In this document: positions 27,482 through 37,610 of the stretch, in pieces
Numbering within the stretch: position 1 is the first letter of the stretch
How the letters are laid out: every line of letters begins with the position of its first letter
IMG/VR virus record: IMGVR_UViG_3300042541_000539
Coordinates: 1-63,936 of that record
Length of the DNA: 63,936 bases
Direction: 5' to 3' (one strand)
Source: a virus
Taxonomy: Duplodnaviria; Caudoviricetes
Notes under the pieces: model-generated
Seen by the model: the letters and a program-made list of their open reading frames with translations, nothing else
Databases searched by the model: none
What the model was told of the DNA's origin: nothing
Translations under genes and position numbers: made by a program

Positions 27482-28690
27482 ATGCCTATACCTAATAACG
27501 GTTTAATAACTGAAACAAATAGACAATACTACGAAGGAGCTCAAGGCTTTATAGGAGATGGTTCAGAAAACACATTCACCACTACGTTTAATACAGACTT
27601 AGTATTCGGCGATTGGGACCCATTAGAAGTAAACTATGCATTAAACAATTTTAAACTATATCTTAGCCCAACCGGTGCCCCTGGCACTTTTGAGGAATAC
27701 ATAAACGAATATACAGTACAGAACAATACTATAATATTTACAGTAAACCCTGAAGCGGGAGATTACATTGTAGTTCAATTAAAAACATTGTCAGGCGGTA
27801 ATTATGGAGACGGCGACGCTTACGGTATTACTGTTGAAGAAAACTATGGTAGTTATTCATATATATCCTTAAATGATATAATAAATAATTTTATGGTTGC
27901 ATATGTTGGAACCGGTAAATTAATTGGATCTGTAAAAAGAACTGATGTAATATTCCATGCTAAACGTGGAATGCAAGAATTTAGTTACGATACATTAAAA
28001 AGTATAAAATCACAAGAGCTAACTATACCTCATGGATTGAGCGTTGCGATGCCACAAGACTACGTTAACTATATTAAGATGTCCTGGATCGATCATGGAG
28101 GTGTTAAACGAGTTATTTATCCGGCTAGTACATTAACTATTAATCCATATGAAAGTCCAATACAGGACTCCATAGGGCTTCCTATTCAAGATAACTTTAA
28201 CGAGAATATAGAAGGCGAGTCACAAACTGAGGCTAGATGGAATTCTAATATATGGGTAGGTACTGCAGATGATGATAATATATTAAATCAATCCGGCGGC
28301 GATTGGGTAAGAAATATGTTTTTTGGCCAACGTTACGGATTAGATCCGCAATATTCAAATAGAAATGGTTACTTCACTATAAATGATAGAGAAGGTAAAA
28401 TTTCTTTTAGCAGCAACTTAGTGGATAAACTAATAGTATTAGAATATATATCTGATGGATTAGCTTATGATTTGGACTCTAGAGTTCCTAAGATGGCTGA
28501 AGATGCATTATATGCTTATATTTTACACGCAGTTGTATCCCACAGAGTTGGTTCTCAAGAATATTTGGTTAGAAGATTACAACAAGACAAAACAGCCAAG
28601 CTAAGAAATGCTAAAATACGTCTTTCAAATATTAAACTGGAAGAAATAACTCAAGTATTAAGAGGCAAATCTAAATGGCTTAAACATTAA
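27482..28690 (+). CDS. tail ring protein with N-terminal Ig-like insert
   Basis: MPQDYVNYIK...LEYISDG; GDGSENTFT module. Confidence 0.65.
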   Translation: MPIPNNGLITETNRQYYEGAQGFIGDGSENTFTTTFNTDLVFGDWDPLEVNYALNNFKLYLSPTGAPGTFEEYINEYTVQNNTIIFTVNPEAGDYIVVQLKTLSGGNYGDGDAYGITVEENYGSYSYISLNDIINNFMVAYVGTGKLIGSVKRTDVIFHAKRGMQEFSYDTLKSIKSQELTIPHGLSVAMPQDYVNYIKMSWIDHGGVKRVIYPASTLTINPYESPIQDSIGLPIQDNFNENIEGESQTEARWNSNIWVGTADDDNILNQSGGDWVRNMFFGQRYGLDPQYSNRNGYFTINDREGKISFSSNLVDKLIVLEYISDGLAYDLDSRVPKMAEDALYAYILHAVVSHRVGSQEYLVRRLQQDKTAKLRNAKIRLSNIKLEEITQVLRGKSKWLKH

Positions 28691-28693
28691 AAA

Positions 28694-31600
28694 ATGGCAG
28701 AATCAAAAAATACTTTTTTTAAAGCAAAAATGAACAAAGATCTTGATGTTCGCTTGTTAGAGTCAAGTGAATATCGAGATGCTTTAAATATATCTGTTGG
28801 TAAATCAGAAGACGGCAGTGTAGGTTCATTACAAAATATACTTGGTAATGAATTGCTAACGCAAGCAACATCAAATGGAACTGCTCCATTTGAATCAAAT
28901 ACCAATTTAGTATGTATTGGTTTCTTTGTAGACAATGACAACTCTAGAATATTTCAATTTTTAACAGAATATACTGATCCATCACCTTCATTAATAAATC
29001 TGCCTACAGCTGATAAAGAAATGAAGATTACTGTATATAGTGCAGGAGGAGGTTCAGCAACATATACAACGTTAGTTAGTGGTAGCTTTTTAAATTTATC
29101 TACAACAAACTTAATAACAGGTGTAAACCTAGTAGAGAATCTATTATTCTGGACAGACAATAGAAACCAACCAAGAAAAATAAATGTTGCTAGTGCTTTA
29201 AATAGTCCTGCTACATCATCAAATCCTTACTACACAAATGTTGATCAAATATCCGTGGCAAAGTATGCTCCGTTTAGATCACCAACATTATATGAGGAAA
29301 TTAATATAACAACAGAAGGTATTGCGAGCGAGGATTTTTTAGGACAAACAAAAATAGAAGTGCCTGCCCCTAATACTTTAGCGCTGGGAGATCAATTAGT
29401 AAACGAAGATTTAGCCCCGCCTATAACAGCTGGAGATTTTGCTTGTATTACAAAGAAAGGCACTACTGTAGCGGGGGCGCAACCAATTTATATAGCGGGT
29501 AATCATACAATACCTGCCAATACCCCATTGAAATTCTATAGAACCACTATGACAACTTCCGCAAATGAAGACGACATAAATGGTAACGATACATTTTTAA
29601 CAGACAAATTTGTTAGATTCAGTTATAGATTTAAGTTTGACGATAACGAGTATTCATTGATGGCTCCGTTTACGCAGCCAATATTTATACCGTTACAAAA
29701 AGGATATTTCATTAGCGGTGATGAGGACGCGGCGTATGCTTCAACTGTTTTAGAGTGGATGCAAAATAAAGCTAATGGCGTTCGTTTACAAATGGAATTA
29801 CCGGACATAGGTAGTAACATACAGGATTTATATAAAATAATCTCTATGGACATTTTGTATAAAGAATCGGATTCTCTTGCTATTAAAGTGGTACAAACTA
29901 TACCTATAGCTAATATACAACAAGATTCACCAAGCACCAATATATATACATATACATACAACTCACAAAAGCCTAAAAAGACTTTACAAGAGGCCGAGAC
30001 AATAAGGGTATATGATAAGGTGCCTATAAGAGCTTTAGCACAAGAGAGTTCTGGCAATAGAATTATATACGGAAACTTTATTAATCAAAGTACACCTCCT
30101 GCAAATCTTGATTACAATGTCCAAGTAATTGAAAAGAATACACCTAGAACTTCTTGGTATGAATATCCAAATCACACATTAAAACAGAATAGATCTTATC
30201 AGGTTGGGGTTGTTTTAGCTGATAAATTTGGAAGGCAATCATCTGTAATATTATCTAACGGCACACCATTTGCTCCAATTGAGGGCTTAATATTTGGGGC
30301 ATCGTCTGTGTTTTTGCCGTATAAAGGGGAATTTTGGGCTATAAAAGTTAAAGAATGGTTAGGCGAGGTCTTAGCTATAACATTTAATTCTACGGTTACA
30401 TCGGTAAGAAATGAAACTACCGGAACGCCGGGGTTATATGCTACAGTATCAGGAGCATTAAGCAATAGTTCTGATGGGTTTGAAGTTATAGTTCCTACGT
30501 CAATTGTTGGTAATGTCTATGATTTCACGTTGAAAGCTCCCGACTTACTAGTAGATCCTCCTATTGTCCCGCAAAGAAACCACCCAGCTATTGGAAACTT
30601 TTTAAAAGGTAAGTATACTGATTACGTTGAAGTTATTGATGTTACTTTTCCGGAAGACAATAGGGTTGTAGTTACTACAGATAAACCAATAAGCGATTTA
30701 TATGCTTATAACGATGTAAACGACCCAGATATAAAATATTCCTATTCCATAAACGAATTAGGATGGTACTCTTATAAGATTGTAGTGAAACAAACTGATC
30801 AAGATTACTACAATGTTTATGTTCCTGGAATGCTTGCGGGTTATCCAGTATGGCAAACACTAAAATCTACTATAGGAGGGGTGCCTCCTCCAGAATATTC
30901 TGTGTTTCCAGAAAACGAAGAGGAATCTACGTGCCACTTTGCTTTACTTAATGACAATATAAATAAGGTCCCTCGTGATTTATCAGAGGTAGGCCCTAAT
31001 CAAAGACAATATAGAAGTAGCGTTAAGTTATGGGGTAGGGTGGAAAATGTATTATTGAACCCAAGCACTGAAGCTGCCCCAGATCCATTACCTGAAACAA
31101 CAAATAGACAATATTATCCAGGAAAAACACCAGATACTGTTAGTACAATAGCACCGTCAAATGAGTTAAATTTTTTAATAAATAGTATTGATATAAACCC
31201 TAAAGGATCTGCGGCTTTTAATATTTATCAATTAAATACAAGTCCATTAATAGCTAGAGTTTCAACAATCAATCAAGTAGGGGTTATAGGTAATTACTCG
31301 ACCATAGCGTCTTCGCCAAATGCTTTCAGATCTATGAGTCCGTTTTTAGGGGTTTACGAAACAGACCCAGTAAAATCAACACTTGACATATTTTATGAAA
31401 CCTCAACGGCGGATTACATATCAAACTTAAATTGGGATATAAATGTTGGATCAAATGGAGTAGTTGGTTTTTCACCAATAACTTTTATATATAATGAGAA
31501 TCAACCTCTTGGAGCAGACACTTTCGATTTAGAGACAGGAGCGTCAGACTCAAGTTGGGTTACAGATGAATTCTGGTTTATAGACGCAAGTGGCACAATA

Positions 31601-33052
31601 GTTGAAGATATTGATTCTGTTAATTTTCAAGTTAGAAATAATAACCCCGATATTTCAGCTTCAGATGTAACTAATCACTTTGAATTAGTAGAAAGTCTAA
31701 TAACTCCGGGTATATGGAGAATAAAGATAATAGACAATACAACTTATTTTGGATTAAATTTAGACATAGAAGGTTCATTTCAATTTAGATTTATAGTAAC
31801 AAATACAGTAGGATTAGATACATATGTTATGGAACTAAACGCTCAATCTCCTGCTTTCAAAATATCTAATTCAGCGCCAATAATAACCAGGCCAGGAATA
31901 AGCGAAACTTATTTTGTACCGCTAAATCAACCCGCAACCGATGGAACTCCGTCAACAATAATAATTGACTCTGTAGGCGCTAATGGATGCAGCAACACTA
32001 GTCCAGCATATAACGGCAATGACTTGTTCTGGAGTCTTACCCCTCCTGAGGGAGAAGCGATTCCTAGTTTCATAATGCCTCCAGGAATAAGTCAATCAAT
32101 CGGAGATATTAAATTGTATGATAATACGCCAACAGAGGGTCTTTCAGTATGGAATATTAATTTAAAAGATTCTAGCGACTTTGAGGGCTTATCTATTCCT
32201 CCCGCTAATATAGCAGAGCCTCAATTGGGTAGTAGAGACACTACTCGTTCCGTAAGCTTTGATGTAGAAAATCGTTCAGTATGGTGCGCAGATTGTACAC
32301 TGAATTGGAATTATAGCGCTCCTAATTATAAGCTTTTTGTAACCGCTCTTAAATTTAACGTGGCAAGAATCCTAAGAGAAAATGAAAAGATAGCGGAGAG
32401 CAATACAACCTTAAGAATAAACGGGTATAAGCAAACTGGACAAACAGAATTTCAGTCTACTAGCAACGCTGTGGCTTATCTTAACCCTAGTGATGTTGAA
32501 ATAGGAGTTTTTGGCCCGCCTACAGGTATATCGGCTATTAATGGTATCGCTAGTGTTACTGCAAGCCCCTTCCCTGTTACGTCTCTTAGGATAATTGGCT
32601 CTATAAGCGTAGTAAACACCACAGATCCAGGCTTAAATAGATCTATACCCAGTCAAGAATATATATTAGAATTAACAGACACCGGGGGTGCTAACGATGA
32701 ATCTAAATGCCAGACTTGTCGATATTTCCCTAACGGGATAAGCACTCCAGTGCCGGAACCTCGTTATATAAGTAATGAAGAAAAAGATTGGATGATAGAA
32801 AACACTTCCACTGTAAACGTTTGGTGGAGAGGGGTTAGTGCGGATAATGATGAAATAATAGGGGGTATGATTGGCCCAGACTTATTTGTTTCAAGTGCAG
32901 GAAATATTCCTGTTAGTGATCCTTCGTTCCCAAAAGTTAGAGAAGGAACATTAAGAGCCACAGGGCAAAACTGGGACGGAGAGCCTATAATTGGGGAAGG
33001 TATTCTTTCAACAATTACATATTATGATCCCGACCCACCTCTTGAACCTTAG
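28694..33052 (+). CDS. tail muzzle/stabilisation protein, N-terminal part with acidic C-terminal extension
   Basis: MNKDLDVRL...YRDALN, LFWTDNRNQPRKIN, GNRIIYGNF, YQVGVVLADKFGR. Confidence 0.75.
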   Translation: MAESKNTFFKAKMNKDLDVRLLESSEYRDALNISVGKSEDGSVGSLQNILGNELLTQATSNGTAPFESNTNLVCIGFFVDNDNSRIFQFLTEYTDPSPSLINLPTADKEMKITVYSAGGGSATYTTLVSGSFLNLSTTNLITGVNLVENLLFWTDNRNQPRKINVASALNSPATSSNPYYTNVDQISVAKYAPFRSPTLYEEINITTEGIASEDFLGQTKIEVPAPNTLALGDQLVNEDLAPPITAGDFACITKKGTTVAGAQPIYIAGNHTIPANTPLKFYRTTMTTSANEDDINGNDTFLTDKFVRFSYRFKFDDNEYSLMAPFTQPIFIPLQKGYFISGDEDAAYASTVLEWMQNKANGVRLQMELPDIGSNIQDLYKIISMDILYKESDSLAIKVVQTIPIANIQQDSPSTNIYTYTYNSQKPKKTLQEAETIRVYDKVPIRALAQESSGNRIIYGNFINQSTPPANLDYNVQVIEKNTPRTSWYEYPNHTLKQNRSYQVGVVLADKFGRQSSVILSNGTPFAPIEGLIFGASSVFLPYKGEFWAIKVKEWLGEVLAITFNSTVTSVRNETTGTPGLYATVSGALSNSSDGFEVIVPTSIVGNVYDFTLKAPDLLVDPPIVPQRNHPAIGNFLKGKYTDYVEVIDVTFPEDNRVVVTTDKPISDLYAYNDVNDPDIKYSYSINELGWYSYKIVVKQTDQDYYNVYVPGMLAGYPVWQTLKSTIGGVPPPEYSVFPENEEESTCHFALLNDNINKVPRDLSEVGPNQRQYRSSVKLWGRVENVLLNPSTEAAPDPLPETTNRQYYPGKTPDTVSTIAPSNELNFLINSIDINPKGSAAFNIYQLNTSPLIARVSTINQVGVIGNYSTIASSPNAFRSMSPFLGVYETDPVKSTLDIFYETSTADYISNLNWDINVGSNGVVGFSPITFIYNENQPLGADTFDLETGASDSSWVTDEFWFIDASGTIVEDIDSVNFQVRNNNPDISASDVTNHFELVESLITPGIWRIKIIDNTTYFGLNLDIEGSFQFRFIVTNTVGLDTYVMELNAQSPAFKISNSAPIITRPGISETYFVPLNQPATDGTPSTIIIDSVGANGCSNTSPAYNGNDLFWSLTPPEGEAIPSFIMPPGISQSIGDIKLYDNTPTEGLSVWNINLKDSSDFEGLSIPPANIAEPQLGSRDTTRSVSFDVENRSVWCADCTLNWNYSAPNYKLFVTALKFNVARILRENEKIAESNTTLRINGYKQTGQTEFQSTSNAVAYLNPSDVEIGVFGPPTGISAINGIASVTASPFPVTSLRIIGSISVVNTTDPGLNRSIPSQEYILELTDTGGANDESKCQTCRYFPNGISTPVPEPRYISNEEKDWMIENTSTVNVWWRGVSADNDEIIGGMIGPDLFVSSAGNIPVSDPSFPKVREGTLRATGQNWDGEPIIGEGILSTITYYDPDPPLEP

Positions 33053-33106
33053 ACTACGCTTTAGCGTAACTAATGTAATACTAATAAAAAACAAGTAATT
33101 ATAATT

Positions 33107-34804
33107 ATGGCAGCAACTATAGAAGTAAAGTATTTTAATTCATATTGGCTAAAAAAAATAGGATCGGTACAATCGGCTACGGAATATATTACTAAAGGAG
33201 CAGTTGCGGCAGGGCCTGTAACAAATCCAAGCGCTGGTGATACCTGGAAATTTACATTTTTAGCAGGTGAAAACTTCTTTACATATTATAAAGAACCTAC
33301 CGATGAATACCCCACTCCTATAGACTTAATAGGCCCCGGTCAAAAGTTTTCTTATACATATCCAGTCGTGGGAGGTGACTTATATGAATATATTATTATA
33401 GGTTATGAAACAGTGGTTGTAGACGAAGAATATAGGATATATTTAAACAAGGATATATACTCTGTTGACTTTAACATTGATCCACTAGGAGACCCGCCGT
33501 TATTCACATCTCTTACTTTTGGCAGGATTATAGATTTTAATTATGTACCAGGAGATGCTCAATATATAAATGGAAATCAAGATTGGTTTATAGAAGAATC
33601 TAGGATACGTGGAGGATATAATAATGTATCAACTGATTTAGGTGTTCGTGCTTTTGTAGTAGATGATAATCCTAATAGACAACGAAGACAAAACGCTCTT
33701 ATTTATTCAGGCATATTCAATTCAAGAACAGGTATAAATGATACAAATCAATTCTCTGTTGGAGAAGATATAACCAAAAGCGTGGATCCTTCTCAAGGTT
33801 CAATACAAAAATTATATGCTGAGGACACAAACCTTATTATATTCCAAGAGAATAAAGTTAGTAGAGCATTGATAGATAAAAGCGCCGTATATTCAGCAGA
33901 GGGTGAAGCGTTGACAACATCTGGTATGCAAGTTATAGGACAAATACAATCGTATGCAGGTAATTATGGCATCGGAACAAATCCTGAAAGCTTTGCAACA
34001 TTTGGTTATAGAAAATACTTTGTAGATAGGCCACAGAATGCTGTATTAAGACTATCACAAGATGGTATTACAGAAATATCAAATACAGGAATGCTGGATT
34101 ACTTTAGAGATAATTTAGGAGCAATTGGAGACAATGGAAAAGTTCTTGGTTCTTGGGACATGCATAATAAACAATACGTTGTTTCTATGCAGCCCGCATT
34201 AACTCTTAATGCATCACGTCCATCGGATCCTGGATTTGTAAATACTTTTGAAACATTAGTATTTGACGAGGATAGTCTTGGATGGACAAGTAGATTTTCT
34301 TTTAGGCCTGACAATGGTTTTAGTTTGCTAGGTAATTATTATACAGCGGCTAATGGTAATTTGTGGAAACATTATTCTTTCAATGTGCCTAGGTGTAATT
34401 TTTACGGTTCACGATATACTTCTACAGTTACATTGGTATTTAATGGCGAACCATCATTAGCAAAGACGTTTCAAACAATAAACTACGAAGGATCAGCAGG
34501 ATGGGAGTTATCAGAAATATATACCGACACAAGTGTTGGAGCACGTATAACACAATCCGTAGTGCCTTTAGGATTAACAGCGTTGCAGGATCAATTGTTT
34601 TCAAACAACTTTAAAGTTAAAGAGAATAAATATTTTGGTAATATACTTAATATAACACCCGTTTCAGATGGAACAATAGTATACGGACAATCAATGTCTG
34701 GTATTAATGGGTTTTATGCTACTGGTACTTTTGTAAGTACATCAGGTAGTCCTAGGCTTTTATTTGCGGCTTCGTCTACATTTACAATATCTTTAAACAA
34801 TTAA
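33107..34804 (+). CDS. tail muzzle/stabilisation protein, C-terminal part
   Basis: GSIQKL, LIIFQENKV, YGIGTNPESF, VLRLSQDGITEIS beta-propeller motifs. Confidence 0.75.
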   Translation: MAATIEVKYFNSYWLKKIGSVQSATEYITKGAVAAGPVTNPSAGDTWKFTFLAGENFFTYYKEPTDEYPTPIDLIGPGQKFSYTYPVVGGDLYEYIIIGYETVVVDEEYRIYLNKDIYSVDFNIDPLGDPPLFTSLTFGRIIDFNYVPGDAQYINGNQDWFIEESRIRGGYNNVSTDLGVRAFVVDDNPNRQRRQNALIYSGIFNSRTGINDTNQFSVGEDITKSVDPSQGSIQKLYAEDTNLIIFQENKVSRALIDKSAVYSAEGEALTTSGMQVIGQIQSYAGNYGIGTNPESFATFGYRKYFVDRPQNAVLRLSQDGITEISNTGMLDYFRDNLGAIGDNGKVLGSWDMHNKQYVVSMQPALTLNASRPSDPGFVNTFETLVFDEDSLGWTSRFSFRPDNGFSLLGNYYTAANGNLWKHYSFNVPRCNFYGSRYTSTVTLVFNGEPSLAKTFQTINYEGSAGWELSEIYTDTSVGARITQSVVPLGLTALQDQLFSNNFKVKENKYFGNILNITPVSDGTIVYGQSMSGINGFYATGTFVSTSGSPRLLFAASSTFTISLNN

Positions 34805-34809
34805 ATTAT

Positions 34810-35217
34810 ATGGAATTAAAATCAAGATCTTTACTAGAATCAGATTGGGAAACATTACAAGAATGGTGGGCTAAATGGAATTGGCCCGCAGTAACAAAAG
34901 AAATGTTACCATTAAACGGGCTAGGCGGATTAATGATTTATAAAGAAGATACACCAATTGTTGCAGGTTTTTTATATTTAACAAATTCAAGTATCGCTTG
35001 GATGGAATGGATTGTTTCAAACAAAGATTATAAAGAAGACGATAGAAAAGAAGCATTAGAACTTTTAATATTAGAGCTAGAAAAAGTTGCGTTAAGTGTT
35101 GGTAAGAATATAATATTTAGTGTAGGTAAGAATAAAAGTTTAATAAACATACATAAAGATTTAGGATATACGGTGGATGAAAATGCATCGTATGAAATTT
35201 CAAAAAAATTAATATAA
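34810..35217 (+). CDS. GNAT-fold acetyltransferase
   Basis: PIVAGFLY...EWIVS...HKDLGY; typical position before podovirus ejection genes. Confidence 0.65.
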   Translation: MELKSRSLLESDWETLQEWWAKWNWPAVTKEMLPLNGLGGLMIYKEDTPIVAGFLYLTNSSIAWMEWIVSNKDYKEDDRKEALELLILELEKVALSVGKNIIFSVGKNKSLINIHKDLGYTVDENASYEISKKLI

Positions 35218-35218
35218 T

Positions 35219-35989
35219 ATGGCAGTAGTAACAGCAGCGGCAATAGGTGTCGGTACAAGTTTAATAGGCGGAGCCGTAGGGGCTCACCAGGCGAGTCAAG
35301 CAGCAAAAGGAGCACGTAATGATGCAGCGCGATCAAAGGCTGAAATGGATGCTATTAAAGCAGCTAGGCAGCCTATAACTAATCCATACGCAACTACAAC
35401 TAATCTTAGTGGGCTTGCTAAGGATTTATCTGGTTCAATAACTAACCCATATGCTAATCTTGGTGTTGCTACACAGGCGGCAGAGATGCAAGCAGAGGAA
35501 GCGGATATGGCTCTAGCAAATACATTGGATACATTGAGAGCTACCGGGGCAAGTGCTGGCGGGGCAACGGCATTAGCTCAAGCGGCTTTGCAAAGTAAAA
35601 AAGGTATTTCAGCAAGCATTGAACAACAAGAAGCGGCTAATGAAAAACTGCGTGCTCAAGGGGAAATGGAACGCACTCAAATGAAAATGGCAGAGCAACA
35701 AAGATTACAGTCAATAAAAATAAGCGAAGGGCAAAGAGTTCAAGGAGCTGAAGCTGCTGGTAAACAATTTATGTTTGGGGCACAAGAAGATAGAACCAAT
35801 GCAGACTTAGGTGCTGCTGCTGGACAATACGCTCAAGCGCAACAAAATATAGCTTCAGCAAATGCCGCACAAGCAACAGCGTGGGGGGGAGCGATTCAAG
35901 GGGTTACATCAGCAGTAGGCGATTTGGGTAAAACATTTGGCAAAACAGAAATAAAAGTAAATCCCGACGGAACCCCCTTTAAAAATTAA
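35219..35989 (+). CDS. ejection / DNA pilot protein
   Basis: Ala/Gln/Gly-rich helical protein with hydrophobic N-terminus. Confidence 0.7.
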   Translation: MAVVTAAAIGVGTSLIGGAVGAHQASQAAKGARNDAARSKAEMDAIKAARQPITNPYATTTNLSGLAKDLSGSITNPYANLGVATQAAEMQAEEADMALANTLDTLRATGASAGGATALAQAALQSKKGISASIEQQEAANEKLRAQGEMERTQMKMAEQQRLQSIKISEGQRVQGAEAAGKQFMFGAQEDRTNADLGAAAGQYAQAQQNIASANAAQATAWGGAIQGVTSAVGDLGKTFGKTEIKVNPDGTPFKN

Positions 35990-35992
35990 TAT

Positions 35993-37588
35993 ATGAGCGC
36001 ATACGATAATCCAACTATAATAAAAGATGATTCAGCAATGATCTGGGCTCAAGCCCTTGGCAGTGCTGGACAAACATTTACGGAAAGCTTTAGAACAGCC
36101 ACAAAAGAAAGAGAAGCAAAAGAAAGGGAAGCTAGATTAGAAGCAGAAAAAAAAGCTAGAGAAGAGAAAGAGCAAACAATAAATAATCAAATATACAGCA
36201 GTGAGGAAAGATATAAGTATCAAGCTCGTATGGGTAAAATTGATGATGGCTTAGCAAAGGCCGGAGTAGGAGCTGATGGAGCGGATCTAGTTAATGGATT
36301 TATTATTAATACTAGTGAGATAAACGGCCAAAACAATGTAGATATTAAAACAAAAGTTTTAAGTAAAGAAGAACTAGACAAGAAAAATGCTTATGCTTCA
36401 CAAGTAGCTAAAGGAGAAGAAAATTTAGTTAGAGTGGCTGGTGGTTTATATTCACAAGCTCAAGCCGTTAAGATCGGAGATATTAATGACACCAATATAG
36501 GCAGTATTAAATTTAAAGGTGATAATATATTAGATCAAACTTTAAACAGGGTTACAACCTACGCATTGGCATATCCAGACAATAATAAAACTACAAAAGA
36601 ATTAGATTACGATGCTAATGGCGATCCCTCAAAAATCACATTGAATGTTACCACAAAAGTAGGCGATTACAATACCCTTATAAAAACATTTACAGATACA
36701 AATCCAGGAGTTAGTAAGGATGAAGTAAATGCAAAAATTAACGAAGGCATTAGCAAGGGGTTTATTATAAAAGGGAGCAATGACCAATACTCTATTAATT
36801 TTAAGAAGGATATTAATTCTGATTATGATGGGGAATTATATACTAAAATACCAGAGATAGAATACGGCAAGGTTCCGGTTACAATGGGCATTTATAGCAA
36901 AGAAGGTAACAACGATATATCTCCTGTATATATGCAGCCTACTGAATTTGCGGACTCAGAGGGTAATGCTAGTTTATCTGCATCAGAGGGTACTGTAAAA
37001 TATCAAAGAACCCCTATTGATATGGAAGCCATGAAGGCATCGCTAAAACCTGGGTTACAAGCAAAAGCGGAAGGACTGATAGCTTCTTCGTTTCAGGATC
37101 CGGACACTGCTGATGGTATATTAGCAAAATTAGGATTTGGCACTAATTATCAATCAAAAGAATTTGCTAAATACGATCTTGCCACAAAGGTAAATCTTTT
37201 AGCTGGAAAAATGGAAGAAAATGAAATTGCTAATATAATTCAGAAGTCTCAACTTGTACAAATGGATGGTAAATATTACAAGACAGATCCTGAATCCATT
37301 AAAATATTTAATAAGCCTTCTAGCAAAAGTAGCGGTACTGGGGGATTAACAGCTAACCAACAAGCTAAAGCAGCTCAATTAGCGGCAAAAGAAGCAAAAG
37401 AAAGAGCTAAACTAAGTGACACACGTAGTACTAGACCCGTTGAAGCAGGTAATGGTAAAACAAGAATTGTATGGAGTGGTAAGGGTTGGGTGAAACAAGA
37501 TAAAGCGTCTGGTGGTTGGGTTGAAGATATTGATTCTCCTTCAATACGTTCTAAAACGGAAGCTGGTAAAGCATACTTAGGATTATAA
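35993..37588 (+). CDS. internal virion / ejection protein
   Basis: 531 aa between the pilot and giant genes. Confidence 0.6.
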   Translation: MSAYDNPTIIKDDSAMIWAQALGSAGQTFTESFRTATKEREAKEREARLEAEKKAREEKEQTINNQIYSSEERYKYQARMGKIDDGLAKAGVGADGADLVNGFIINTSEINGQNNVDIKTKVLSKEELDKKNAYASQVAKGEENLVRVAGGLYSQAQAVKIGDINDTNIGSIKFKGDNILDQTLNRVTTYALAYPDNNKTTKELDYDANGDPSKITLNVTTKVGDYNTLIKTFTDTNPGVSKDEVNAKINEGISKGFIIKGSNDQYSINFKKDINSDYDGELYTKIPEIEYGKVPVTMGIYSKEGNNDISPVYMQPTEFADSEGNASLSASEGTVKYQRTPIDMEAMKASLKPGLQAKAEGLIASSFQDPDTADGILAKLGFGTNYQSKEFAKYDLATKVNLLAGKMEENEIANIIQKSQLVQMDGKYYKTDPESIKIFNKPSSKSSGTGGLTANQQAKAAQLAAKEAKERAKLSDTRSTRPVEAGNGKTRIVWSGKGWVKQDKASGGWVEDIDSPSIRSKTEAGKAYLGL

Positions 37589-37610
37589 TATAATTAGTAA
37601 ATAAACGTAC

